From positions 6,460-70,459 of the forward strand of contig JAOAFE010000009.1 in NCBI GenBank assembly GCA_026416455.1: DNA of 64,000 bases, given 5' to 3'. A program made the translations under genes and the position numbers. This stretch comes from Syntrophales bacterium. Lineage in GTDB: Bacteria; Desulfobacterota; Syntrophia; Syntrophales; UBA8958. This document shows, piece by piece, positions 53,619 to 63,468 of the stretch (within the stretch, counting starts at the first letter, position 1; the number at the start of each line of letters is the position of its first letter). The notes beneath the pieces were generated by a model. The model searched no databases. It saw only the letters and a list, made by a program, of their open reading frames with translations, and had not been told where the DNA came from.

Positions 53619-53967
53619 CCTTTTCCATACATCCCCTAATTCCCTTTGAATACAACCTCCCTGCTGATTCAAAGAGTATATATTTCGTGGCAAGAATGGG
53701 GATACCTAGCTCCTCCGCTAGACGGATCGTCTCAGGGGTCGGTCTCTTACCGCGCACCATAAGGATAGCCGCAATGTCTAAAACATCAGCCGTTCTTACT
53801 ACCTGGGGATTGGTAAGCCCGGTGAGAAGCAAACTTCCCGGCTTAGCAAAAGCCAAGACATCACTCATAAGATCTGCTCCAAAGGCCGTTGTGATTTCTC
53901 TGTCCAGTTGGGAGTGACCAACCAGAACTTCGGCCTCCAGTAATTCTTTTATTTCCCGAAGAGTCAT
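53593..53967 (-). CDS. DRTGG-domain protein (second copy)
   Basis: 124 aa. ADLMSDVL...LLLTGLTNPQVVRTA...AILMVRGKRP...IPILAT. Paralogue of 52802..53158. Confidence 0.6.
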   Translation of the reverse strand: MTLREIKELLEAEVLVGHSQLDREITTAFGADLMSDVLAFAKPGSLLLTGLTNPQVVRTADVLDIAAILMVRGKRPTPETIRLAEELGIPILATKYILFESAGRLYSKGIRGCMEKVESDRATG

Positions 53968-54139
53968 TGCCTTTCCCCTTTGAATCAGCCGGTGCCGATG
54001 GTAGATATCACAGCGTAACGGCGTGAATTTTTCGTCACCCGCTTACCACATAGGACCTACCCTGTCAACCAAATTATGCCAATTTATGGGCGAACAAAAT
54101 GTTTTGCGTCGTCCATAGAATTAGGATAATTATTGAACC

Positions 54140-55027
54140 GTGAACGAAGAATTAAGATCCTTCTTAAATTTTTTAGCCCTCGAACGGGGCGCCTCGCCTC
54201 TCACCTTGGAGGCCTATCAGAGGGACCTAAAGGGATTAATGGAGTTCTTAATAGGTCGAGGTGTGACATCGCTCAAAGAGGTGAAAGGTGAGGATGTAAC
54301 GGCCTACCTGGTAGCTTTGAGAGCCGATGGCCTTTCGTCCAGCTCTGTTAACCGTGTTTTGGCGGCAATCAGGAGTTTTTTTCGTTTCCTCGTAAGGGAA
54401 AAAATTATATCCATCAACCCCGCGGCTGGCATCGGCCGAATCAAGGGCTGGCAACGTCTGCCCCATACGCTAACCAGGGGAGAAATGGAAAGACTTCTCT
54501 CTGCTCCGGGTGATAAAGAACCAACGGCCGTCCGGGATCAGGCCATAATGGAACTCATGTATGCCACTGGACTTCGGGTCTCGGAGGTAATCACCCTCCG
54601 TCAGGGACAGATAAATTGGTACGGTGGATATTTGGTGGCCCGTGGAAAGGGAGGGAAAGAACGGGTCGTTCCCATAGGAGAGAAAGCCATGGCCGCATTG
54701 AAAAGATATACAGATGAGGTTAGGCCAATCCTGGCTCGGGAGAAAAGTGGAGATGTGCTCTTTCTCAACCGATGGGGTAGAGGGTTTTCCAGACAGGGCC
54801 TCTGGAAGATCATTCTTAAATATGCCCGTTTAGCCCAATTGGAAAATAAAGTTCATCCCCATACTTTTAGACATTCCTTCGCCTCCCATCTTTTGGAAGG
54901 GGGAGCCGATTTAAGGGCAGTTCAAATTATGCTTGGTCATGCCGACATATCTACTACCCAGATCTATACTCATGTGACCCAGGAGCGTCTTCGCACTATT
55001 CACCGAAAATTCCATCCACGGGGATAG
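54140..55027 (+). CDS. xerD: tyrosine site-specific recombinase XerD
   Basis: GTG start. N-terminal core-binding motif LERGASPLTLEAYQRDL. C-terminal HTFRHSFASHLLEGGADLRAVQIMLGHADISTTQIYTHVTQERLRTIHRKFHPRG closely follows the XerD tail. Confidence 0.85.
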   Translation: MNEELRSFLNFLALERGASPLTLEAYQRDLKGLMEFLIGRGVTSLKEVKGEDVTAYLVALRADGLSSSSVNRVLAAIRSFFRFLVREKIISINPAAGIGRIKGWQRLPHTLTRGEMERLLSAPGDKEPTAVRDQAIMELMYATGLRVSEVITLRQGQINWYGGYLVARGKGGKERVVPIGEKAMAALKRYTDEVRPILAREKSGDVLFLNRWGRGFSRQGLWKIILKYARLAQLENKVHPHTFRHSFASHLLEGGADLRAVQIMLGHADISTTQIYTHVTQERLRTIHRKFHPRG

Positions 55028-55034
55028 AAGAGAA

Positions 55035-57038
55035 ATGGAGCTTTCTTTTCGTCGGCTGAGGGGAAAAGATAAAAGTGGCAGGTGGCGGGCTTACCAGTCC
55101 ATATTGATTTTTTCCCTTCTCATTGCGGTTTTTATTTCCCTTTTAATTTTCTTCCCCAGCCTACTTGGCCCCCTAGGAGTAAGGGCTAAGAATTTTATAG
55201 CTTTTTACCTCTTTCGCGAGGGGCCTCATTTCTACCATCTGATAGGAGAGAAAAACGGTCGTGAGATCATCGTAAAGGCGAATGAGACTCTATCTGTCTC
55301 TTATCGAGATGAATTTGTTTTTTCCTATGCGGCAACCGATGTCTTGGGAGGGAGGGGTGTGTCTGTCGCCATAGATGGCCTGGAAGGGGAAAACTGGTTG
55401 GGCAAAACATGGCGGGGTCAAACGTTGGTAGATGAGACCCTCTCTCAGCTTTCGGAACCAAAAATAGGTGCAGTAACCTCCCCTTTTCGGATTCGGATCA
55501 AATACCGGCAGAGAGAAATCGCTTCTTTGCCTATCGTGGTGCATGTGACGGCTCAGGACATGATCCGTTTTGCGGCTGAGACGGAAAATATTGAACAGAG
55601 AATAGCATATCTGGAAAAGCTGCTCCTCTCAGGGGGAGAGAAGAAAGTGGAACGCCTTTTGGCTGAGGCTTATTTGAGGGCCAAGAAGTATGACAAAGCA
55701 GTCCATCACTACCTCAGTTACCTAAAGATCAATCCCGGAGATGTTTCTGCTCTTAGCGGTTTGGCGAGGTGCTATCGTGAACTTGGGCAATGGGAGCCTT
55801 TGGTGCCGATATACGACGCACTGATACGGGTAAATCCGTCTGATGCCATGCTATATCTAGCTCGCGGAGAGGCCTACAGTAAGATGGGAAAATGGGAGCG
55901 AGCTTTGGAAAACATGAAAGAGGCGGTGAAATTGTCACCCGATAAGGTCGAAGCGAGGGTTGCGTATGGGAATATATTGGAGAAGATGGGGCGACAAGGA
56001 GAAGCGATTGGGGAATACGAAAAGGCCACAAAACTCCAGCCCGCGAACATAAATCTTCACGCCCTTTTGGCCGATGCGAGATTGAAAGCTAAGGATTATG
56101 AAGGGGCCATCAAAGAATATCAGGCCGTATTAAAACTGGATCCTAAAAACGCTGCGGCTTATGCCAACTTGGCTTACACTTACGGTGCCAAGGGTGATAG
56201 GGTTAAAGAGGTTGAGAATTACGAAAAGGCAGCAAAATTGAGCCCCAAAAATCATGTCATACTCTATAATCTGGGTGTGGCCTTAAGTAAGCAAGGGCGA
56301 TGGACGGAGGCGGAAAAAGCTTTTCGTCGAGTGCTGGAATTAGTACCCGGTGACCGAGACACGCTTTTACAATTGGCGGAAGGAATGACTAGGATGAAGA
56401 GGTACCGAGAGGCAGTCCGCTATTACGGGGAGGTGATAAAAAAGCGACCGACTAACGCCCAGATATATGTGAATGCCGGAGCTGTTTATGAAGCACTTAA
56501 AGATATTCCCCGAGCGGTTGAATTGTACCAACAGGCAGTTGCCCTAGGTGGTGTAGATGTTCAAGTATATTATCATTTATACGATTTATACCGAAGCGTT
56601 GGCAAAGCGGAAGATGCCATACGCGTCCTCGAGAGGCTTGTTAAAGATAACCCTCAAGGAAAAGCCCTCAACATCCTCGCTGAGTACTATTTGAGGGAGA
56701 AAAAAACAGAAGATGCTCTCAGAATAGCCAAGAAAATGGTCTCCGTCTATCCTCAGCAGGCGCAGTCGTATATTGCTTTGGCTCGGGTTTATGGGCAGTT
56801 GGGAAAATGGGAAGAGGAGATAGCGAATTACCGGCAGGCTCTTAAATATGAGAGAGAAGATGACACCATTTATCTTTCCTTGGCTCAGGCCTGCGAGAGA
56901 AAAGGGCTTTACGAGGAGGCCTTGAAGGCTTATAAAATGGCATTCGAGTTAAATCCCAATTCGCCAGCGGCCAAGAAAATAAGAGAACTCCAGATAAAGA
57001 TGATAGAAAAAAAATTAGAGAAGAGGGGAGAGGAATAG
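55035..57038 (+). CDS. membrane-anchored TPR-repeat protein
   Basis: 667 aa. N-terminal TM, ~170-aa unknown domain, then continuous TPR repeats. Confidence 0.7.
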   Translation: MELSFRRLRGKDKSGRWRAYQSILIFSLLIAVFISLLIFFPSLLGPLGVRAKNFIAFYLFREGPHFYHLIGEKNGREIIVKANETLSVSYRDEFVFSYAATDVLGGRGVSVAIDGLEGENWLGKTWRGQTLVDETLSQLSEPKIGAVTSPFRIRIKYRQREIASLPIVVHVTAQDMIRFAAETENIEQRIAYLEKLLLSGGEKKVERLLAEAYLRAKKYDKAVHHYLSYLKINPGDVSALSGLARCYRELGQWEPLVPIYDALIRVNPSDAMLYLARGEAYSKMGKWERALENMKEAVKLSPDKVEARVAYGNILEKMGRQGEAIGEYEKATKLQPANINLHALLADARLKAKDYEGAIKEYQAVLKLDPKNAAAYANLAYTYGAKGDRVKEVENYEKAAKLSPKNHVILYNLGVALSKQGRWTEAEKAFRRVLELVPGDRDTLLQLAEGMTRMKRYREAVRYYGEVIKKRPTNAQIYVNAGAVYEALKDIPRAVELYQQAVALGGVDVQVYYHLYDLYRSVGKAEDAIRVLERLVKDNPQGKALNILAEYYLREKKTEDALRIAKKMVSVYPQQAQSYIALARVYGQLGKWEEEIANYRQALKYEREDDTIYLSLAQACERKGLYEEALKAYKMAFELNPNSPAAKKIRELQIKMIEKKLEKRGEE

Positions 57039-57043
57039 GCGAG

Positions 57044-57898
57044 ATGAGAGTCGTCCGGGTCGGGGAAATTCCTATCGGTGGAGGGGAACCACTTGTTTTA
57101 ATTGCAGGACCGTGCGTGATCGAAGATCGAAGCGCAACCGTTTCCGTAGCTCGGAATTTAAAGAAAATAGCCCAGGCTTTGGGGATTCCCTTGATTTTCA
57201 AGGCTTCATACGATAAAGCCAATCGCTCCTCCGTAGATGCCTATCGAGGTCCCGGGCTTGAAGAGGGGCTGAAGGTGCTCAGGGCAGTGAAGGAAGAGGT
57301 CGGGGTGCCGATATTGTCTGATGTCCACCGCTTCGAAGAGATAGGTCCCGCCTCTGAAGTTCTCGATATTGTCCAGGTGCCGGCCTTTCTTTGCCGTCAG
57401 ACGGATTTCGTCATGGAAGTGGCAAGGAAGGCAAAGGTAATCAATGTAAAAAAAGGGCAGTTTTTGGCACCGTGGGATGTGGCGAATATAGTGGAGAAGG
57501 TGAGAAGAGCTGGTAAAGAGGAACTCATGATTACAGAAAGGGGAACCGTATTCGGTTACAATAACTTGGTCGTTGATTTTCGATCTCTCCCCATCTTGCG
57601 TTCCCTCGGTTATCCAGTCATATTTGATGCCACCCATAGTGCGCAACAACCTGGGGGGTTGGGCAAATCTTCAGGGGGCGATCGTGAAATGGCCATCCAT
57701 CTAGCGCGTGCGGCCGTGGCTGTTGGCGTAGACGGGCTTTTTTGTGAGGTTCACCCAGATCCCGATTGTGCCCTTTGTGACGGACCAAATTCTCTCAAAT
57801 TGTCCGACCTGGATAAGTTGATAAGAGAATGGGTGGTGCTGGATAAGATTGCAAAGGAAAGGGAAAAGGGTAGACATAGTGATGGAAGAGAAAAATAG
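57044..57898 (+). CDS. kdsA: 2-dehydro-3-deoxyphosphooctonate aldolase (KDO-8-P synthase)
   Basis: LIAGPCVIE, FKASYDKANRSS, FDATHS, and HPDPDCALCDGPN motifs. Confidence 0.9.
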   Translation: MRVVRVGEIPIGGGEPLVLIAGPCVIEDRSATVSVARNLKKIAQALGIPLIFKASYDKANRSSVDAYRGPGLEEGLKVLRAVKEEVGVPILSDVHRFEEIGPASEVLDIVQVPAFLCRQTDFVMEVARKAKVINVKKGQFLAPWDVANIVEKVRRAGKEELMITERGTVFGYNNLVVDFRSLPILRSLGYPVIFDATHSAQQPGGLGKSSGGDREMAIHLARAAVAVGVDGLFCEVHPDPDCALCDGPNSLKLSDLDKLIREWVVLDKIAKEREKGRHSDGREK

Positions 57899-58415
57899 TC
57901 TTAGGGAAAAACTGGTTAATATCCGTTTGCTCATTCTAGATGTGGATGGTGTGCTGACTGACGGGCGCATCGTGTTTGATGACGAAGGTAGGGAGAGCAA
58001 GTTTTTCGATGTTCGAGATGGACATGGACTCAAAATGCTTATGAATTTCGGTATAGATGTGATCTTCATGACAGGACGCAAATCAAGGGCGGTTGACCAT
58101 CGGGCTAGGGACTTAGGGGTAAAGGAAGTGCACCAAGGTATTTGGGATAAGCTTGCCTGCTATGAGGATATTCTGAGACGCCATCAGCTGAAAGATGAAG
58201 AAGTTGCCTTTATAGGTGACGACATTGTCGATATCCCAGTTCTCAAAAGGGTTGGATTTGCGGTGGCCGTAGCGGATGCGGAGGAAGAGACCAAAGCCTT
58301 TGTCGATTATGTGACCAGTAAGAAAGGTGGCAGGGGAGCCGTACGTGAGATATGCACCCTTATTCTCAAGGCTCAAGGTCACTGGTCGCAGGTGGCCGAA
58401 AGGTACCGATTTTAA
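57882..58415 (+). CDS. kdsC: KDO-8-phosphate phosphatase (HAD superfamily)
   Basis: Start at internal ATG. LLILDVDGVLTDG HAD motif I, GDDIVDIP motif III. Confidence 0.85.
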   Translation: MEEKNSLREKLVNIRLLILDVDGVLTDGRIVFDDEGRESKFFDVRDGHGLKMLMNFGIDVIFMTGRKSRAVDHRARDLGVKEVHQGIWDKLACYEDILRRHQLKDEEVAFIGDDIVDIPVLKRVGFAVAVADAEEETKAFVDYVTSKKGGRGAVREICTLILKAQGHWSQVAERYRF

Positions 58416-58447
58416 TTTACATTCTAAAGTGGGGATGGTAAATTAGT

Positions 58448-58990
58448 GTGTCTAGAAAGTGGATAGCTTGGACCGTAGCGGCACTGATAGTTGGTGTGAT
58501 GGTGAGTTTTCTGGTCCCCGGAAGAGGGAAGAAAGACATGCCCCTGAGAGTTATTCCCGAAGGCATAGATATGCAGGTTCAAGACTTGGTTTATACGGAT
58601 TTAGGGAATGAGGGGACTAAACTGGAAATACGGGCCAAAAAAGGTCAATATATGAGAGAAGAAGGAAAGGCCTTCTTTGAGGGAATTCACGCTATAATTG
58701 AACGCCCTGGGGGTGAAAAGTATACGGTGACGGGCGATAGGGCAATAGTCGGTACGGAGCAGAGGACAGCGGGAATTTACGGAAATGTGGTGATAGTAAC
58801 AAATCGAGGTGATCGAATAACTACAGATAGTATTCACTACAGCGAAAAAGAGCGCAAGTTGTGGACAGAAGATAGAGTGACGCATGAGGGACCGCGGATG
58901 AAGATTCAGGGGCGAGGCCTCGTCGTTTATCTGGATAAGAAGGAGCTGCAATTGAAAGAGCAGGTCAAGGCATGGGTGGGTAAGCCGTGA
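58448..58990 (+). CDS. lptC: LPS export protein LptC
   Basis: GTG start. N-terminal TM anchor plus an OstA-like beta-jellyroll-type sequence. Position upstream of lptA-lptB. Confidence 0.75.
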   Translation: MSRKWIAWTVAALIVGVMVSFLVPGRGKKDMPLRVIPEGIDMQVQDLVYTDLGNEGTKLEIRAKKGQYMREEGKAFFEGIHAIIERPGGEKYTVTGDRAIVGTEQRTAGIYGNVVIVTNRGDRITTDSIHYSEKERKLWTEDRVTHEGPRMKIQGRGLVVYLDKKELQLKEQVKAWVGKP

Positions 58991-59517
58991 AAAAAGCGGG
59001 AGTGTTATGGATTAGCCTGGCCGTGATTATGATAAGTGCTAATTACAATTTAGTTTTTAGCGAAGAAAAAAAAGCTCCAGATCCTCCCATCCATATACAA
59101 TCCAATACGTTGGAGGCCTTCGGAGAAAAAAGATTAGTTGTGTTCTCTGGGAATGCCATTGCTATACGGGGGGACATGGTTTTGCGGGGTGACAAAATAT
59201 TGGTGTTTTACCGGGGTGGAGAGGGAGAGGTGGATCGGATAGAAGTTCATGGTAATGTGATGTTAACCCAAAAAGAGAGAACGGCCCAAGGAGAAAAGGC
59301 CATCTACGATCAGGGGACCCAACAGATTATCATGACCGGTAACACCGTTCTCAAAGAGGGGAAAAACATAGTACGGGGAGAAAAGATTATCTGGATTATC
59401 CCGGAAAAGCGTGGCATTGTAGAGGGAGAGGGTAAAAAGAGGGTAACTGCCACCATCTATCCCTCGGAGCGAGAGGAGAGGAAGGTTGAGGAAGCTGGAG
59501 GCAAGAGGTCTAAGTAA
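58987..59517 (+). CDS. lptA: LPS transport periplasmic protein LptA (OstA-like)
   Basis: GTG start. Signal peptide, then repeated GNV/GNA...A-G-D/E strands ([31 protein letters not shown]). Confidence 0.75.
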   Translation: MKKAGVLWISLAVIMISANYNLVFSEEKKAPDPPIHIQSNTLEAFGEKRLVVFSGNAIAIRGDMVLRGDKILVFYRGGEGEVDRIEVHGNVMLTQKERTAQGEKAIYDQGTQQIIMTGNTVLKEGKNIVRGEKIIWIIPEKRGIVEGEGKKRVTATIYPSEREERKVEEAGGKRSK

Positions 59518-60208
59518 AACGTATCGTGGTCGCTCAGTGGTAAAAGGGGTAGATTTATATGTCACCTCCGGTGAAGTGGTCGGGCTTTTGGGTCCCAACG
59601 GGGCCGGGAAAACTACTACCTTCTACATGATAACAGGGCTGGTAAGACAGGATGAAGGGTCGGTGTATTTAAACGACGAAAACATAAGCACTTATCCGAT
59701 GTATAAGCGGGCGCGAAAGGGATTAAGTTATCTGCCACAGGAACCGTCTGTTTTCCGCAAACTCACGGTCGAGGACAACATTATGGCCATTTTGGAACTC
59801 CTCGACTTAGATAGGAAATCGAGACAGGAGAGACTGGTGGGTCTGTTACAGGAACTTGACTTGACTTCTCTTGCCCGAAATTATGCTTACTCCCTGTCGG
59901 GGGGAGAAAGAAGAAGAGTGGAAATTACGAGGGCCTTGGCTACTTCTCCTTCCTTCATGCTATTGGATGAACCGTTTGCCGGTATCGATCCCCTAGCCAT
60001 AGCCGATATTCAGCGCATCATCGGGAGATTAAAAAATAAGGATATCGGCATCATAATTTCGGACCATAATGTAAGGGAAACACTGTCAGTTTGTGATCGA
60101 GCCTACATCATAAGTGAAGGGCAAGTGCTGGTCGAGGGTACCCCGGACACCATTGCATCCAGTGAGATTGCTCGGAAAATATACTTAGGAGAGGATTTCG
60201 CGTTTTAA
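59486..60208 (+). CDS. lptB: LPS export ABC transporter ATP-binding protein LptB
   Basis: TTG start behind a GAGAGGAGAGGAAGG run. Walker [33 protein letters not shown]. Confidence 0.9.
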   Translation: MRKLEARGLSKTYRGRSVVKGVDLYVTSGEVVGLLGPNGAGKTTTFYMITGLVRQDEGSVYLNDENISTYPMYKRARKGLSYLPQEPSVFRKLTVEDNIMAILELLDLDRKSRQERLVGLLQELDLTSLARNYAYSLSGGERRRVEITRALATSPSFMLLDEPFAGIDPLAIADIQRIIGRLKNKDIGIIISDHNVRETLSVCDRAYIISEGQVLVEGTPDTIASSEIARKIYLGEDFAF

Positions 60209-60210
60209 TA

Positions 60211-61659
60211 ATGGCTATGGATTTAAAGCAGCAGTTAAAGCTTTCACAGCAACTGGTAATGACGCCTCAACTCCAGCAGGCGATCAAACTTCTCCAACTA
60301 TCGAGATTGGAAATGGTGGAGGCGATTAACCGTGAGTTGGAGGAAAATCCGCTCCTTGAAGAAGAGTTGGAAGAGGACTTCGTTCTTGAAGATGAGGATG
60401 CTCTCCAGAAAGCTGTAGAAGTGCGCACCGCCGAACAACCTAGGGAGATTACCGGCGAGGGAGATGGGAGAGAAGAATTCGATTGGGACAGCTATCTTGA
60501 GGATTTTGGCCCCGTGGGTACAATTCGGGAGAAGGCAGAGCCGGATGAAGGTCCAACGTGGGATAATGTACTCACCAAGGCCCCCACACTTACGGATCAC
60601 CTCCTTTGGCAGTTGCGCCTTTCGCGGTTCACAGAAGAAGAGATGATCATTGGAGAAAATATAATTGGCAATTTGGACGGAAACGGCTATCTCACATGTT
60701 CGGTCGAAGAAATTGCCTCACAATTGCAGGTTGAACCGAGCCAAGTAGAGAGGGTACTCGGTAAAATCCAGAGTTTTGATCCCCCAGGCGTGGCAGCTCG
60801 GGATTTGAAAGAATGCCTTCTTATCCAAGCCCGGGCATTAGATGTGCACAATACGGTAGTAGAAGAAATCATTGAGCATCATTTAAAAGATCTGGAGACG
60901 AAAAATTATCCCGCCTTGGCCAAGAAGTTAAAGGTGCCCCTCGAAGAAGTCTTGCAGGCCGTGACTATAATTAGCAACATGGATCCCAAACCGGGTAGCT
61001 CCTATACGGATGAGCGGGTACAATCCATTGTACCAGATGTATACGTCATAAAGGTGGGAAACGAATATAAGGTGCTTTTGAATGATGATGGTTTGCCCCG
61101 ATTGAGAATCAGCAACTTCTATCGCGAGATCATGGCGGGACTAGATGGGAGTAAAGAGGGGGAAGTGGGGAAAAAGTACATTAAGGAAAAGGTTAAATCG
61201 GCCATGTGGCTCATCAAGAGTATCCAACAGAGACAGAAAACGATTATGAAAGTGGCCGAAAGCATAGTTCGTTTTCAGAAAGATTTCTTTGATCACGGTA
61301 TAGGCCATCTGAAGCCACTAGTTCTGAGGGACGTAGCGGTCGATGTAGGCATGCATGAGTCTACCATAAGTCGGGTGGTGACGAACAAGTATATGCAAAC
61401 CCCAGCGGGGCTTTTTGAAATGAAATTTTTCTTTAGCAGTGGATTGCCTACGGCGGAAGGGGAATCTATTGCCTCTACCAGTGTAAAAGAAGAGATAAAG
61501 AAATTGATTGCCGAGGAGAATCCTCTGAAGCCTCTAAGTGACAGTGAAATCGTAAAACTTTTGAAGAAAAAAGGCATTAACATTGCAAGACGTACCGTGG
61601 CCAAATATCGGGAGATGATGAATATTTTGCCGTCTTCCCGTCGAAAACGCTACGTTTGA
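60211..61659 (+). CDS. rpoN: RNA polymerase sigma-54 factor
   Basis: N-terminal Q/L-rich region LKLSQQLVMTPQLQQAIKLLQLS, acidic region II, and C-terminal RpoN box ARRTVAKYRE. Confidence 0.95.
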   Translation: MAMDLKQQLKLSQQLVMTPQLQQAIKLLQLSRLEMVEAINRELEENPLLEEELEEDFVLEDEDALQKAVEVRTAEQPREITGEGDGREEFDWDSYLEDFGPVGTIREKAEPDEGPTWDNVLTKAPTLTDHLLWQLRLSRFTEEEMIIGENIIGNLDGNGYLTCSVEEIASQLQVEPSQVERVLGKIQSFDPPGVAARDLKECLLIQARALDVHNTVVEEIIEHHLKDLETKNYPALAKKLKVPLEEVLQAVTIISNMDPKPGSSYTDERVQSIVPDVYVIKVGNEYKVLLNDDGLPRLRISNFYREIMAGLDGSKEGEVGKKYIKEKVKSAMWLIKSIQQRQKTIMKVAESIVRFQKDFFDHGIGHLKPLVLRDVAVDVGMHESTISRVVTNKYMQTPAGLFEMKFFFSSGLPTAEGESIASTSVKEEIKKLIAEENPLKPLSDSEIVKLLKKKGINIARRTVAKYREMMNILPSSRRKRYV

Positions 61660-61678
61660 ATAAACACCAAATTTGATG

Positions 61679-61707
61679 TTGACATTTTCATAGCGTCTTC
61701 ATATAGG
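61679..61707 (+). promoter_or_regulatory. candidate sigma-70 promoter for hpf
   Basis: TTGACA (61679-61684), a 17-nt spacer, then TATAGG (61702-61707). About 35 nt upstream of ATG 61742. Confidence 0.5.
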
Positions 61708-61741
61708 GCAAAATTTCATTACGGGGACAGGGAGGATAGCG

Positions 61742-62266
61742 ATGAAAATATCCGTAACTTTTAGAAACACCGAAGGTGAGGAGTGGTTCAAAAATTACGT
61801 GAGCGAACGTTTGGAAAAGTTGAAAAAGTATCTTGATAAACCGGCAGAGGCCCATGTGGTACTATCGGTAGAGAAGTTTAGAAATGTCGCCGAAATAAAT
61901 TTGCTGGATAATGGCGTGAACATAATCGCGAAAGAAGAAGCTAAAGAAATGGTCGTTGCCATTGACACTGCCGTGGATAAAATTGAACGGCAATTGAAAA
62001 AACATAAAGAAAAACTTAGATTACATAAAAATACCTCTGCTAGAGAAGAGCTCGAATCCGAGGGTGAAGAAGTAGAATTTCCAGGGGGAAAGATTGCAGA
62101 TTTCCGCCGGGTTGTGCTTGCCCACTTGTCGATCGATGAAGCCATTGGCGAGATGGAGGAAAAGAAAAAGAGGTTCTTCCTCTTCCGCGATGCCTCATCG
62201 GCAAGGGTATGCCTGTTGTATAGGCATGATAGCGGAGGTTTTGGCCTCATAGAGACAAACGCATAA
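61742..62266 (+). CDS. hpf: ribosome hibernation promoting factor (long HPF / sigma-54 modulation protein)
   Basis: MKISVTFRN...VSERLEKLKKY N-terminal YfiA/HPF fold pattern plus a C-terminal dimerisation extension. Classic position after rpoN. Confidence 0.9.
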   Translation: MKISVTFRNTEGEEWFKNYVSERLEKLKKYLDKPAEAHVVLSVEKFRNVAEINLLDNGVNIIAKEEAKEMVVAIDTAVDKIERQLKKHKEKLRLHKNTSAREELESEGEEVEFPGGKIADFRRVVLAHLSIDEAIGEMEEKKKRFFLFRDASSARVCLLYRHDSGGFGLIETNA

Positions 62267-62285
62267 GTGACGGGAGTAGGGGGCA

Positions 62286-62747
62286 ATGAAGATTGCCGAA
62301 ATGATGGACCCCGGCTGCATTGTAGATAATTTAGAGGCAAAAACGAAGAAAGATGTATTGGAAGAATTAGTAAAAGCTGCCTTATGTGATTCTGCGGTTG
62401 AAGATCTTGAGAAAGTGGTAAAGGTTCTTTTAGACCGAGAAAATTTGGGCAGTACCGGAATCGGAGACGGAACGGCCATACCTCACGGAAAGGTCTCCAT
62501 TATAAATTCAATGAGAATCGCCTTCGGTCGTTCCTTGCAGGGCGTAGAATTTAACGCCTTAGATGGGAAGCCGGTGTATCTTTTCTTTCTTTTATTGGCG
62601 CCCGAAAGTTCGCAGAGTATCCACCTTAGAGTTCTGGCCAAAATTTCACGTATGGCCAGAGATGCAGACTTCCGCAGTAGATTAATGGGGGCAAAAAACA
62701 GCCGCGAAATTTACGAAATCATAAGCACACAAGATGAACTCTGTTGA
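62286..62747 (+). CDS. ptsN: PTS IIA-Ntr (nitrogen regulatory IIA protein)
   Basis: EIIA-fructose/mannitol-type motif GSTGIGDGTAIPHG with the phospho-His. Confidence 0.85.
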   Translation: MKIAEMMDPGCIVDNLEAKTKKDVLEELVKAALCDSAVEDLEKVVKVLLDRENLGSTGIGDGTAIPHGKVSIINSMRIAFGRSLQGVEFNALDGKPVYLFFLLLAPESSQSIHLRVLAKISRMARDADFRSRLMGAKNSREIYEIISTQDELC

Positions 62748-63468
62748 TTATTTGGGAACAAAACTCGGCGATATAGTTCGTCGGCTGGAAGAGAAGGGGG
62801 CAATAACATGTCTCTCGCATCGCAATAGCTTAAAGAAGCGTCTTTATCACCCACAGGTGACGGTTTATGCACCCGGTGAATGTAATCGTTGTGGGTTGGT
62901 TACTATTTCCGAGAGAGAAGATGGAGAAGTCATCGCCCTTTTCCTCCCCGAAGGTGAAACATCCGTGAAGTGGATCGACTGCACCCTTTTTGTCTCCCGA
63001 GTGGATATATATCATCTGTCAGGAAAATTAAAAGCCTTGGTCCGGGAATTTTACGATGGCATAAAAATGACCCATGGAAACTTGATGGAAGTGGGAGGAC
63101 GAGGCATACTGATTACCGGGCCGAGCGGAGTGGGTAAAACAAACTGCGCTTGGCTTTTGCTGAAGCGAGGATTTCGCCTGGTGGCCGATGATGCGGTGGT
63201 CCTTAAGAGAACGCGGGCCGGAGGTCTTACGGGCAGTGCGCCCGAAGTGATAAGAGGATGCCTGCACTTAAGAGAAAAGGGTATTATTCGTTTGCATCCA
63301 GATCAACTCGTTGAGGAAGTCCCCGTGAGTGTGGATGTGAATTTGATTAAGGTAGGAAAAGAGCAGATAGGTGAGACGGCAATATGCGGTGTCCGGATTC
63401 CCCAGATAAAGGTAAAAGGGAAAGGCAGCGAAGAAATTGTCGGAAAGATCGAGCAACTCCTTACCTGA
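62734..63468 (+). CDS. hprK: HPr kinase/phosphorylase, short form with a divergent N-terminus
   Basis: THGNLMEVGGRGILITGPSGVGKTNCAWLLLKRGFRLVADD matches the HprK catalytic P-loop and signature. 244 aa. Confidence 0.75.
   Translation: MNSVDYLGTKLGDIVRRLEEKGAITCLSHRNSLKKRLYHPQVTVYAPGECNRCGLVTISEREDGEVIALFLPEGETSVKWIDCTLFVSRVDIYHLSGKLKALVREFYDGIKMTHGNLMEVGGRGILITGPSGVGKTNCAWLLLKRGFRLVADDAVVLKRTRAGGLTGSAPEVIRGCLHLREKGIIRLHPDQLVEEVPVSVDVNLIKVGKEQIGETAICGVRIPQIKVKGKGSEEIVGKIEQLLT

Noticed and set aside
54076-54129. A 17-codon ATG ORF (MPIYGRTKCFASSIELG) in the xerD upstream region. The nearby near-palindrome ACAAAATGTTTTG lies largely within this ORF.
   Set aside because: There is no Shine-Dalgarno, the ORF is very short, and nothing distinguishes it from chance. 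The palindrome is AT-rich and imperfect.
54140-55027. The tyrosine recombinase as a possible integrase marking a mobile element or genomic island.
   Set aside because: Its N- and C-terminal sequences follow the XerD chromosome-dimer-resolution pattern closely. No tRNA, flanking direct repeats, phage genes or IS genes are nearby, and the neighbours are housekeeping genes.
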